Part shown: positions 46,469-56,015 of the stretch, piece after piece
How the letters are laid out: every line of letters begins with the position of its first letter
Numbering within the stretch: the stretch's first letter is position 1
From: Desulfatiglandales bacterium
Lineage (GTDB): Bacteria > Desulfobacterota > DSM-4660 > Desulfatiglandales > Desulfatiglandaceae
DNA length: 64,000 bases
Assembly: GCA_963662465.1 (NCBI GenBank)
Contig: OY759599.1
Location: 6,496,001 to 6,560,000 of the forward strand
Direction of reading: 5' to 3'
Translations under genes and position numbers: made by a program
The notes under the pieces: generated by a model
What the model saw: only the letters and a program-made list of their open reading frames with translations
What the model was told of the DNA's origin: nothing
Databases searched by the model: none

Positions 46469-48195
46469 AAAGAATCTACAACCACCGTTTTTACCTCTTG
46501 CTGCTGGTTTTTGCCTACGTCTGCCTGCTGGGTGTCGATGTTTATCTGGTGGACCATCTTCAGAAGGGTCAAATCACTGAAATCTTGAAAAAATGGATTC
46601 CCTGGGGTCTTAAAATCAATTTTTTTCTGCTGCTTACGGCTCTTTTGCCCTGCTGCGGGGATCTCAGGAATCTGGTTGGAAAATTTTTTAACAAAAAGGG
46701 TATTCTTCTTGTAATTCTTTTCTGCGCCGCCTTTGGATTGGTTTCCTTTCTGACCCAGCAGACCCATCGCATCTATTATGATGAGGATATCTACGCCAAT
46801 GTGGGACAGAACATCGCTTTGGCCAATCAGACCGGCTATTGTAATTACGGCACCTTCGAATATGGCGAATACTTTCCTCACTGGATTAGCTACAACAAGG
46901 AGCCTAGCGGCTGGCCGTTTCTGATCAGCCTGTCCTTCCAACTCCTAGGTGTCGATGAAGCCTATGCTTTTCTCTTCAACAACCTCTTTTTCAGCATGGG
47001 GGTACTCATCGCTTTTTTTATTACCTGGCATTTAACCGAGAGTTTTTTGGCGTCTTTTTTGGCGGGTTTCGCCTATATGGTGATTCCCCATAACCTCATT
47101 TGGTGCAACACGGTCGCCGCCGAGCCTTCGGCGGCGGTGTTCGTAGGCCTTTGTGTTCTCTCCCTGGTGATTTATTTGAAAAGCGGGCGAAAACGTCACC
47201 TCTATGTGATGGTTACCCTGATCCCCATGGCATGCCAGATGCGGCCTGAATCCATGCTTATCCTGGGATGGATTCTCCTGGTATTTTTGTGGGTTGCCCC
47301 TCGATTGTTTTTTAACCGGAAACTGTGGACCTTTGGGTTGTTGACCAGCGTTTTTCTGTTGCCTCATTTCCTTCATTTTTATGCGGTCAGTGGTGATAGC
47401 TGGGGGGCGCCGGGTAGCAAGTTCTCCCTTGAGTTTCTGGCGCACAATTTTGATACCAATGGTCTCTATTACCTGAACAACCAGTTATTCCCCCTCTTAA
47501 TCACGGTCCTTGCCCTGATGGGGCTTTGTTGCCCCCAAAAGGGAAGACAGTGGCAGTGGCTCATCTTCTTCTGGTTTCTGCCATTCTGGGGTATTTTTCT
47601 CTTTTTTTATGCGGGTAGCTATACCTATGGCGCCGATGTGCGTTTTGCTTTGCTCTCCTTCATGCCTCTTGCCATACTGGCGGGCATGGGTGGCGGCTGG
47701 ATTGGCAATAAGCTGGTGAAGGCGGGGCCGGCCAGCGGTATGGGGTCAACGGGAACTGCCGGGAAAAAGATACTGGTTTCAAGCCTCATGGTCCTGATCC
47801 CGGCATTTTCTTTTCTTCAATTCATGCCCCTGGTGCGCCGGGTGGGCCAAGAGGCGTGGGGGGCGAGATATGATCACCAATACGCCAAGGATTTTGTTGA
47901 AATGCTGCCGGAACGATCCATTGTGCTGACGCAGAATCCCACCATGCTGCTGCTCTGGGAGCAAAATGCCATTCAGACCTATGCGGGTATCAATAATCCG
48001 GATCTCATCAAGACCCTTTTGGCTAAATATCAGGGAAACGTTTATTTTCATTACAATTACTGGTGCAACACGAAAAACAAGCGAAACATCAGACTATGCC
48101 GGAGCATCAGGGACAAGTACGACCTGGAAAAAACGGCGGAAGCGACGGAACAGAACTTTCTCTACGGACTCTATAAAATGACCCCTAAAAACTGA
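46459..48195 (+). CDS. Multi-TM GT-C-fold glycosyltransferase (PMT/ArnT-like)
   Basis: About 12 TM segments; acidic YYDED..Y motif after an early TM; RPE motif; DVRF. Confidence 0.7.
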   Translation: MPLKRIYNHRFYLLLLVFAYVCLLGVDVYLVDHLQKGQITEILKKWIPWGLKINFFLLLTALLPCCGDLRNLVGKFFNKKGILLVILFCAAFGLVSFLTQQTHRIYYDEDIYANVGQNIALANQTGYCNYGTFEYGEYFPHWISYNKEPSGWPFLISLSFQLLGVDEAYAFLFNNLFFSMGVLIAFFITWHLTESFLASFLAGFAYMVIPHNLIWCNTVAAEPSAAVFVGLCVLSLVIYLKSGRKRHLYVMVTLIPMACQMRPESMLILGWILLVFLWVAPRLFFNRKLWTFGLLTSVFLLPHFLHFYAVSGDSWGAPGSKFSLEFLAHNFDTNGLYYLNNQLFPLLITVLALMGLCCPQKGRQWQWLIFFWFLPFWGIFLFFYAGSYTYGADVRFALLSFMPLAILAGMGGGWIGNKLVKAGPASGMGSTGTAGKKILVSSLMVLIPAFSFLQFMPLVRRVGQEAWGARYDHQYAKDFVEMLPERSIVLTQNPTMLLLWEQNAIQTYAGINNPDLIKTLLAKYQGNVYFHYNYWCNTKNKRNIRLCRSIRDKYDLEKTAEATEQNFLYGLYKMTPKN

Positions 48196-48580
48196 CAAAC
48201 CCTTTTCCGTCCACGGTGTGTGAAATACTTCGGAATTCCTTTTTTTGAGCTTGATTACACCTTGACAATTGATTGAAAAAGTTTTAGTGATGAGATCCTA
48301 TTGTTTGAGATTATGGGATTCGTGAAATTATAGTAGCGGTGCTTTTCCTTAATTAGTATCTTATTTCCTGAAATCGTGTCGAGATAGACTGGGAATCCCT
48401 TGAGCCAAAAAATACCAAAAAACCAGTACTTGCAGTCTTAACCCCTCAATTTTAAAAACCTATAACAGAAAATAAGAAATTTATTGGCAGAAAAACCTAA
48501 AAGTAAGAAGTACGGATTACCATTTTAGTGTGCTTTTTGGTTGTTTTTTTTTTCTCATTTTTTTTATAAGGAGGCTTTCT

Positions 48581-49489
48581 ATGCGAAACATTATTTTTCT
48601 CAGTCGTTTTTTGGTAACCTTTTTGGTGGGGCTGTTTTTCATTTGTTCTCAGGCGTATGCAGGTGTACCCGTGGCCAAAATAACCGGATTCCAGGGCGAA
48701 GCCGTCATCATGTCAGGAACGCAATTTGCCAGCGTTACCCAGGTTGGCCAGGCATTAAACAATGGCGACTTTGTCCAAACCAAACAGGGTAGTGCTGACA
48801 TCACCTTTAGCGATGGTGCGGTCATGAACGTCCGACCCTTTACCAATGTGTCCATCAGCGAACGAAAAGTGCAGGATGGATCTTCCACCAACCGAAGGAT
48901 CACCTGTTTTGTGGGAAAATTCCGTTTCAAAAGTGGCCAATCACAGATGAAAAATTATCTTCAGACTCCAACGGCCGTGTGCGGACTGAGGGGCACCGAG
49001 GTTGGTTTCGCATATAATGCCGACACTCTGAACACTTATCTGCAAATGTACAGTGGGGACGCGTCTGTTGTGGGCAATGTGGTTCGGGGTGTCTTCGAAT
49101 GGGAAAGCAATGTTGACAGCGCGTACAAAAGCGCCGTTTTCCGCTTGCTGGAAGAAGCCCACACCGCTTACCAGGACGCTCAGTCCATGCCGGACGGTCC
49201 GGAAAAAGACCTGGCCATGGCAAAGGCCAGGCTCAAAGCACTGGATGTGGCCCGGGGCGCGGCTCAGCTGTTATCGGACAACAATCCAGATGAAGACGTT
49301 CGGTCGAGTGCACAGGAGGCGCTGCTTGTAATAGGCGAGGAAGCCGAACAGGCACAGTCGCAGGTCAATAAGGCTCAGAGATTACTGGATGAGGATAGAG
49401 CCATACGGGAGTCAATAACTACAACCACCACCACGACAACGACTACCACCACGACAACCATAGAAACAACTGTGAGCCCATCCAGTTAG
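48581..49489 (+). CDS. Exported FecR-domain protein with poly-Thr C-terminal tail
   Basis: AAGGAGG RBS; signal peptide (AYA); GDFVQT...ITFSDG, QTPTAVCGLRGTE FecR motifs; 14 consecutive Thr then IETTVSPSS*. Confidence 0.8.
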   Translation: MRNIIFLSRFLVTFLVGLFFICSQAYAGVPVAKITGFQGEAVIMSGTQFASVTQVGQALNNGDFVQTKQGSADITFSDGAVMNVRPFTNVSISERKVQDGSSTNRRITCFVGKFRFKSGQSQMKNYLQTPTAVCGLRGTEVGFAYNADTLNTYLQMYSGDASVVGNVVRGVFEWESNVDSAYKSAVFRLLEEAHTAYQDAQSMPDGPEKDLAMAKARLKALDVARGAAQLLSDNNPDEDVRSSAQEALLVIGEEAEQAQSQVNKAQRLLDEDRAIRESITTTTTTTTTTTTTTIETTVSPSS

Positions 49490-49617
49490 GCGTTTCGGGG
49501 GCATTTTTCTGTGGATTGATGTCCCTGAAACTGTCATTATCACGGAAGTGGTGGCTTAAAGGCGATGAACGACGTTATTTTAATGTGAAATCATGGTTTT
49601 CCAGGAGGAAAAGTAAA

Positions 49618-50940
49618 ATGAAAAAGAGATTTTTGTTTTTGGCGTGTGTGACAGGAATATGCCTTGGGTTCTTTTCGTCCCAGGTTATGGCGGAAATTAT
49701 CTGGCAGCAGGGCGCCATTAGTGTGGAAGATGAATTGTCTGGAGAAGGGGGAAGAATCCATGTGGGCAAATTGACGGTGACGCCGGCGCTCAGGTTGTCC
49801 GAAGTTTATGACAGCAATATTTATTTGGGCAACGGGTATACCAACAATCCCAACAACCCCAATACCACGCTTAATGGAAAACTTACAAAACCCATTGAAA
49901 ACGATTATATTTTTCATGTTAACCCCGGGGTCCTGTTTAGTTACCAGCTTCCCGAGCGGGGCCATGTCAACCTGCTCTATGAAGGCAACTGGGCCTTCTA
50001 TAATGAATATACGGTCCAGAACTGGAACAACCAGCGAGGGGTTTTCGATTTTGACTACACCGCGCCCACGGGTCTTATCGCAGGTCTTACCAATGTTTAT
50101 AATAATGGAAACGATCCCTATGGTGATGCCACGCAGTTTGGTTTGGGTTATAACCAGAAACGCTGGAATAATGACTTGAATGCTAAAGTGGGATGGGACT
50201 TTTTCAACCGGTTCAAAGTGGTTGGTTTCTATAATTTCTATAAGCAAGAATATGATTTCGATAGCAATGCCACCCAGAACTGGACCGACAATGTGTTCGG
50301 TCTTGAGTTCGCCATGCGGGTTCTGCCCAAAACCTGGGCCTTTGTTCGCTACCATTACGGTACCCAGAGTTATGACGATGACCAGATCAGTTCCGTTAAC
50401 GATGCCAGCAACAAACGCAATCGCGTCAGCGGTGGTCTTGCCTGGGATGGGGGTGGAAAATTGGGGGGTGAGTTGAATTTCGGCTGGCAATGGCTGAATT
50501 ACGATAACGATCGCGATACAAACGGCAGAGCTTATGAAAACCGGAATACCTGGTCCGCCGATACGTCCATTAATTACCGTGCCACCCAGAACACGGTTCT
50601 GACCCTGAACCTTGCCCGGGCCATCAGGAGTACAGGCGCTGCAAGACAGGAATATTATGACGACACCAATGTGGGACTCAACGTCTCCCAGGACCTTCCC
50701 TACAAATTCAGCGCTAAGGGAGGGTTTATTTACGGCAGAAACGACTACAATACCCTGAATTACCAGAAAACAGAGGATCGAGTAGACGATAATTACAACT
50801 TCTATGCCGGTGTCAGCTATAAGATTCGGTCCTGGCTCAGCGCGGGCTTGAACTATCGATATATGAAAAAAGATTCCAATGATGTTACGCAGAGTTTCAC
50901 CGACAATCAGGTAGCCCTGAGTCTGGGTGCATCCTATTAA
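49618..50940 (+). CDS. Outer membrane beta-barrel protein of polysaccharide export loci (BBP2/EpsX/VpsM-like)
   Basis: Signal peptide; LTVTPALRLSEVYDSNI; alternating Tyr/Asn-rich strands; C-terminal aromatic (VALSLGASY); directly upstream of the OPX gene. Confidence 0.8.
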   Translation: MKKRFLFLACVTGICLGFFSSQVMAEIIWQQGAISVEDELSGEGGRIHVGKLTVTPALRLSEVYDSNIYLGNGYTNNPNNPNTTLNGKLTKPIENDYIFHVNPGVLFSYQLPERGHVNLLYEGNWAFYNEYTVQNWNNQRGVFDFDYTAPTGLIAGLTNVYNNGNDPYGDATQFGLGYNQKRWNNDLNAKVGWDFFNRFKVVGFYNFYKQEYDFDSNATQNWTDNVFGLEFAMRVLPKTWAFVRYHYGTQSYDDDQISSVNDASNKRNRVSGGLAWDGGGKLGGELNFGWQWLNYDNDRDTNGRAYENRNTWSADTSINYRATQNTVLTLNLARAIRSTGAARQEYYDDTNVGLNVSQDLPYKFSAKGGFIYGRNDYNTLNYQKTEDRVDDNYNFYAGVSYKIRSWLSAGLNYRYMKKDSNDVTQSFTDNQVALSLGASY

Positions 50941-50978
50941 GCGCAAGGGAATTCTGGTTTATTTTTAAGCGGATTTAG

Positions 50979-51015
50979 AAAGGAAAAGGGAGCGCCGCTC
51001 CCTTTTCCTTTTTTT
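50979..51015 (+). terminator. Rho-independent terminator
   Basis: aaaggaaaagggagc-gcc-gctcccttttccttt perfect stem followed by a T-run, 40 nt after the barrel stop. Confidence 0.85.
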
Positions 51016-51187
51016 CTGAGGTTGTATAAGCCTTTTTTCAGCTGTTGATCCTCGGGCTAAAATAGAAATGAATGGCGTTCCTTTTCGGTTTGGCGCCTTA
51101 AATTGTTTTTTTTCTATTGATTTCTCGTCGCTAAAAGCCTAAAATCAGCAGTTGTATTAAACTTGAAATTCCAACCGCGAGGATACG

Positions 51188-52288
51188 ATGAAGACTTTCC
51201 CGATCCCTTTTTTTCCGGTTAAATCATTCCGAAAAACCTTTATTTATCTTTTGACGCGTTCCTCAGCCTTGACTGTCCTCCTTTTATGTCTTATGGCCTG
51301 CATGGGTGGAGATGTGGTGAGTATAACATCGCATGATGGCGCAAAGAATCTTGAGGGTCTCAAGGAAAAAGATTTGGCCATGCTGGAAGAATTGAAAAAA
51401 GGCAAGGACAAAAAGGAGGTTGATTCGGGTATCACCAAGGTCATTGAAAAGACACCCCATTATACGGTCTCCGAATATCTTGCCAAATATCCGCCGACTC
51501 TGGGAGAAAAGGCTGACTATACGGTAGGCGGCAACGATGTTCTCAGCATTGTTGTTTATGAAGAGAAAGATCTTTCCAAGGAATCCATCCGTGTCTCCGG
51601 AAAGGGCTACCTTTCCTTTCCATTAATCGGTCGTCTGAAGGTGGCGGGCCTTACCACCTCGGCAATTGAAAACCTGATCGCCGAAAAACTGGCCGCGCAG
51701 CAGTATCTTTTGAACGCTCATGTGGACGTCCAGGTGATCGAATACAACAGCAAGCATTTTTTTGTGCTGGGGGAAGTGGGCACCCCGGGCAGCCATCCCA
51801 TACAGGCGCGGGAGCGCATCATGGATGCTTTAACCAAAGTGGGCGGGGTGGAAGAAGAAAAGGCCAGCAATCGGCTCATGCTGATTCGAACCCTCAATCA
51901 TGATACCTCAGAGGAAAGCAAACTGGTGATTGACATTAATCTTGTGGACTTGCTGAAAAAGGGAGATCAGAATTCCAATATCCAGCTTGAGGATCGGGAT
52001 GTCCTCTATTTTCTTCCCGTTGAGCAATTTTACATTATCGGCCAGGTCAGAGGGCCCGGCTCTTATGATATGCCCGAAGATGAGCTGACCCTGGTGGAGG
52101 CTATCGGCATGGCGGGCGGATTTACCCGCATTGCCTCCCGAAACAGCACCCGCATCATTCGCTTGGAAGACGGGGTTGAAAAGGTCATCGAGGTGAAGGT
52201 GGATGAAATCACCGACGCCGGGAAAAAGATACAGGATGTGGTGATTAAGCCGGAAGATATTATTGTGGTGCCGGAAAGCTTTTTTTAA
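51188..52288 (+). CDS. Polysaccharide export OPX (Wza-family) lipoprotein
   Basis: Lipobox-like LMAC; PES domain DYTVGGNDVLSIVVY...FPLIGRLKVAGLT; two SLBB domains; ends VVPESFF. Confidence 0.88.
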   Translation: MKTFPIPFFPVKSFRKTFIYLLTRSSALTVLLLCLMACMGGDVVSITSHDGAKNLEGLKEKDLAMLEELKKGKDKKEVDSGITKVIEKTPHYTVSEYLAKYPPTLGEKADYTVGGNDVLSIVVYEEKDLSKESIRVSGKGYLSFPLIGRLKVAGLTTSAIENLIAEKLAAQQYLLNAHVDVQVIEYNSKHFFVLGEVGTPGSHPIQARERIMDALTKVGGVEEEKASNRLMLIRTLNHDTSEESKLVIDINLVDLLKKGDQNSNIQLEDRDVLYFLPVEQFYIIGQVRGPGSYDMPEDELTLVEAIGMAGGFTRIASRNSTRIIRLEDGVEKVIEVKVDEITDAGKKIQDVVIKPEDIIVVPESFF

Positions 52289-52297
52289 AGGGAAACC

Positions 52298-54628
52298 ATG
52301 AACAACGAATACAGCCGTGACGAAGAACACATCGATCTAAGGGACTACCTCAGGGTTCTGGTTAAACGCCGTTGGACCATTATCGCCGTATTTGCCGTGA
52401 TTTTTATCACGGTGGCCATCCACACCTACACCGCGACCCCCATCTACCAGGCCACGGTCCGGCTGGTGATTGAAAAGGAAAACCCCAATGTGGTGTCCAT
52501 TGAAGAGGTGATGGCCGTCGATTCCTCGGGAACCGATTATTATCAGACCCAGTATAAAATTATCGAAAGCCGGGGTGTGGCCCGAGAAGTTATCAAGCGA
52601 CTTCATTTGGAGGATAGTGAAGAGTTTTTCCCCAAACCGAAGGATGATTTTTTTTCAAACCTAAAACGTTCCATTGGGGAAACCATTCAGTCATGGAAAG
52701 ATTCCATCAAGGACCTCATCTCCAGCCAAAAGGAAGAAACTTTCGGTTTGGAAGATCGTGATTCGGATTCGGCGCTGGTTTCCGATTTTATCAGCCGGAT
52801 CGAGGTCTCCCCCATTCGAAACAGCCGTCTGGTGGATTTGAGCTTTGAGGCCAAAAATCCGGTGCTGGCCACCAAAATCGTCAATACCCTCGCCCAGGCT
52901 TACATGGCCCAGAATCTGGAGATAAAACTGACGGCGGTTAAAGATGCCGTTGCCTGGTTGAACAAGCGGGTGGATGAAGAACGAAAAAAGGTGGGAAAAG
53001 CCGAGCTGACCCTCATTCAATACAAGGAAAAGGCGGGTATTATTACGGATTTTTCCAGCGATACCGAACGGGTGACCGCTCAGAAACTGGCCCAGTTGAA
53101 TGCCCAGGTGGTGGATGCGGAGTCGGTTCGGGTAGAGGCCGAGACCCGTTATAACCAGGCCTTGAGCTTGAAAGGGTCTCCCGACATGCTGGGGTCCATC
53201 CCCGAAGTCATCAACAATGAACTCATCCGTGAAATCAGTAAAATGGAAGTGGAACTCTACAAGCGGATGAGCGAACTCTCCAAAAAATATGGGCAAAATC
53301 ATCCCCAGATGATCGCCATTGACTCGGAGCTAAAGACCCTGGCCAAGCGGAAGGCCAATGCGGTGGAGCGGGTCATTAATTCCCTCAAGACCCAGTATCT
53401 GGTGGCACTGGCCAAGGAGGAATCTTTGAGGGCGGCTTTTAACCGGCAGAAACAGGAAACCCTGGACCTCAATAAAAAGGCCATTCAGTTCAGCGTCCTC
53501 CATCGGGAGGCCCAGAGTGCCAGGGATATGTACGAGTTACTGGTGAAACGGTTCAAGGAGGCCACTCTCACCGAAGATATGCGGACCGGCAATATTCGGG
53601 TGGTGGATCGGGCCGAGGTTCCCCGGGCGCCGGTGAAGCCCAAGAAGAAGCTGAATCTGCTGCTGGCTATTATCGTGGGTCTGGTGGCCGGTATCGGGCT
53701 TGCGTTCTTCTTTGAGTACCTGGACAATACCATCAAAATTCCCGACGATTTAAAACGGCATCTCGGTATTGCCTATCTGGGCCCCACACCCCTGGTTGAA
53801 TCAAAAGAGGACGACGGTGGGGGAGGCAGCGGTGACCGGCTCAAGGATCTTGTTTGCCTGAATGCGCCCAAATCCACCGCCAGTGAGTCCTATCGCGGCA
53901 TTCGCACCAATATCCTGTTTTCCTCCGCGGATGCTGCTCCCCAGGTGATTCTCGTGAGCAGTCCGGGACCCCGAGAGGGTAAAACCATGACATCCAGCAA
54001 CCTGGCCATTACCATGGCGCAATCCGGCAGCAAGGTGCTGATGCTGGACTGCGACCTTCGAAGGCCCAAGCTTCATCGTATGTTCGGTTTTGCCAAGGAC
54101 AAAGGGATTACTAACCTTCTGACGGGAAATGCCTCTTTTGAGGAGGTGGTCGTTCACAGCAAAGTTCCCAATCTGGATCTGATTTTTTCGGGACCCATCC
54201 CTCCCAACCCTTCGGAAATGCTGGGCTCAAAGCGAATGACAGAATTAATTGGTGAGCTTCGGAAACGCTATACGCGCATCATCATCGATTCGCCCCCCAT
54301 CACCGCCGTGACCGACGCGGCCATCCTGGCCAAGGCCGTGGACGGCGTGGTTCTGGTGATCCGGGCTGGTCAGACAATCCGTGAGGTGGCCAAGAACAGC
54401 GTCCATCAACTTCAATCGGTGGGGGGCAACATTCTCGGGGCCGTCCTCAATGCGGTGGATATCGGCAAGGACAAATACTATTATTATTATTACTATCAGT
54501 ACTACCATTATTACTATGGCGACGACGGTGAGAAAAAGAAACGCCGCAGCAAAAAGAAACGGAAAAAGCGGTCCAAGAGCGCCTATTACGGCCATGAGGA
54601 AAAAACCGAAAAACCCATTGAGACGTGA
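52298..54628 (+). CDS. wzc: Polysaccharide co-polymerase / BY-kinase (Wzc family)
   Basis: IDLRDY, TM, coiled-coil periplasmic domain, P..PKK + TM, ESYRGIRTN, Walker A SPGPREGKT, DCDLRRP, IIDSPP, C-terminal Tyr cluster. Confidence 0.9.
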   Translation: MNNEYSRDEEHIDLRDYLRVLVKRRWTIIAVFAVIFITVAIHTYTATPIYQATVRLVIEKENPNVVSIEEVMAVDSSGTDYYQTQYKIIESRGVAREVIKRLHLEDSEEFFPKPKDDFFSNLKRSIGETIQSWKDSIKDLISSQKEETFGLEDRDSDSALVSDFISRIEVSPIRNSRLVDLSFEAKNPVLATKIVNTLAQAYMAQNLEIKLTAVKDAVAWLNKRVDEERKKVGKAELTLIQYKEKAGIITDFSSDTERVTAQKLAQLNAQVVDAESVRVEAETRYNQALSLKGSPDMLGSIPEVINNELIREISKMEVELYKRMSELSKKYGQNHPQMIAIDSELKTLAKRKANAVERVINSLKTQYLVALAKEESLRAAFNRQKQETLDLNKKAIQFSVLHREAQSARDMYELLVKRFKEATLTEDMRTGNIRVVDRAEVPRAPVKPKKKLNLLLAIIVGLVAGIGLAFFFEYLDNTIKIPDDLKRHLGIAYLGPTPLVESKEDDGGGGSGDRLKDLVCLNAPKSTASESYRGIRTNILFSSADAAPQVILVSSPGPREGKTMTSSNLAITMAQSGSKVLMLDCDLRRPKLHRMFGFAKDKGITNLLTGNASFEEVVVHSKVPNLDLIFSGPIPPNPSEMLGSKRMTELIGELRKRYTRIIIDSPPITAVTDAAILAKAVDGVVLVIRAGQTIREVAKNSVHQLQSVGGNILGAVLNAVDIGKDKYYYYYYYQYYHYYYGDDGEKKKRRSKKKRKKRSKSAYYGHEEKTEKPIET

Positions 54629-54645
54629 TCCTTCATTGAAAACCC

Positions 54646-55464
54646 ATGATTGACCTTCACTGCCACATCCTTCCCGGCCTGGACGACGGCGCTGCTTCCC
54701 TTGAAGAGAGCCTGGCAATGGCCGGACTGGCTGTGGCGGACGGCATCAAGGGTATTGTGGCGACGCCCCATACCCTGAACGGGGTCAGTACCAACGCCGT
54801 TTTGGACATTCTGTTCGCCGTTTCAGCGCTGGAACGCGCTCTTGCCGCCGGCGGCATCTCTTTGAGGATATTCCCCGGATCCGAGGCGCATCTGGTGACC
54901 CGGATGGCTTTGAAAATCAAGAATGGCGAGATCTGTACCCTCAACAATAATGGAAAATATGTACTCATCGAGCTTCCGTCTCAGTCCGTCCCGGCCGGCG
55001 TTAAACAGGAAGTGTTTGAATTAAAGCTTGGCGGCATCACCCCCATCATTGCGCATCCCGAGCGGAATGCGGCCATTCAGAACAACCCCGATATCCTTCG
55101 CGAACTCATTCACATGGGCGCCCTGGCCCAGGTGACCGCCATGAGCCTGTTGGGGGACTTCGGTCCCGGCGCCGGGGAATGCGCTAAGCGCCTTCTGGAA
55201 AATCGCCTGGTACAGCTCATCGCCAGTGACGCTCATTCTCCCAGAACCCGTCCACCCCTGCTGTCCCAGGCCGTGGAGGAGGCGGCAAGGATACTCGGAA
55301 ACCCGCGCGAAGCCGAAGCCATGGTATTCGGTCGTCCCGCCGCTATCCTGACCGGGCATCCCCTGGATTGTCCCAACCCCACAATGCCTCGCCAAAAGCA
55401 CAAGCGGAGCAATCGTCCCGGGACCTTTGTCAGGCTCTGGAAAACTTGTTTTGGCGGCAGGTGA
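54646..55464 (+). CDS. PHP-family protein tyrosine phosphatase (CpsB/CapC/YwqE-like)
   Basis: MIDLHCHILPGLDDG, ATPH, IAHPERN, ASDAH; follows wzc. Confidence 0.9.
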   Translation: MIDLHCHILPGLDDGAASLEESLAMAGLAVADGIKGIVATPHTLNGVSTNAVLDILFAVSALERALAAGGISLRIFPGSEAHLVTRMALKIKNGEICTLNNNGKYVLIELPSQSVPAGVKQEVFELKLGGITPIIAHPERNAAIQNNPDILRELIHMGALAQVTAMSLLGDFGPGAGECAKRLLENRLVQLIASDAHSPRTRPPLLSQAVEEAARILGNPREAEAMVFGRPAAILTGHPLDCPNPTMPRQKHKRSNRPGTFVRLWKTCFGGR

Positions 55465-55511
55465 AAGAAGGCGTTGCGATTAAAACAATTCCGTCAATTG
55501 GAGGAGGGTCC

Positions 55512-55994
55512 ATGAAAGCAAAACCCTTTGTGTTGATGTTTCTGCTCTCGGCTCTTATTTTCCTGGGAGGCTGTTCCTTTTATCCCCGGAAATTGTATTC
55601 CGGTCCGGACCAACCCAAAACAAGTCTTGCCCTCATCAAACAAACTGACGATTTGGAATCCCGCCCCATTTACCTGCTTAACCTCCATAAAGAGGGAGAA
55701 CCGGAAATACGGGTGGATGATCTGGGAATCGTCGTTTTGCCCGGCGCCTATACCTTCAAGGGCTATTTGTATCATTACCGTTATCAGGAAAGTGCCAGGC
55801 TTGTGGATGCAACGGTTTACCCGGGGCAATCCAGCTTTCCCATGCATGAGCCGGTATTGCGGAAAGTGAGATCAGTCAAACCCTACGCTGAAACGGATGC
55901 GGTAAAATTGACGGTAAAATCGGGGTTCAGCTATGCTCTATGGTGTTCCGATGATGCCAAGATCCATATGAAGGTGCTGGGTTCTTACCCTTAA
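55512..55994 (+). CDS. Lipoprotein of unknown function
   Basis: GGAGG RBS; signal peptide with lipobox LGGC. Confidence 0.7.
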   Translation: MKAKPFVLMFLLSALIFLGGCSFYPRKLYSGPDQPKTSLALIKQTDDLESRPIYLLNLHKEGEPEIRVDDLGIVVLPGAYTFKGYLYHYRYQESARLVDATVYPGQSSFPMHEPVLRKVRSVKPYAETDAVKLTVKSGFSYALWCSDDAKIHMKVLGSYP

Positions 55995-56015
55995 ACTCTT
56001 TTCATTGAGTCGCCC

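Noticed and set aside
49591..50946. 451-aa minus-strand ORF
   Set aside because: Antisense shadow of the beta-barrel gene, which has the RBS, signal peptide, terminal aromatic residue and terminator.
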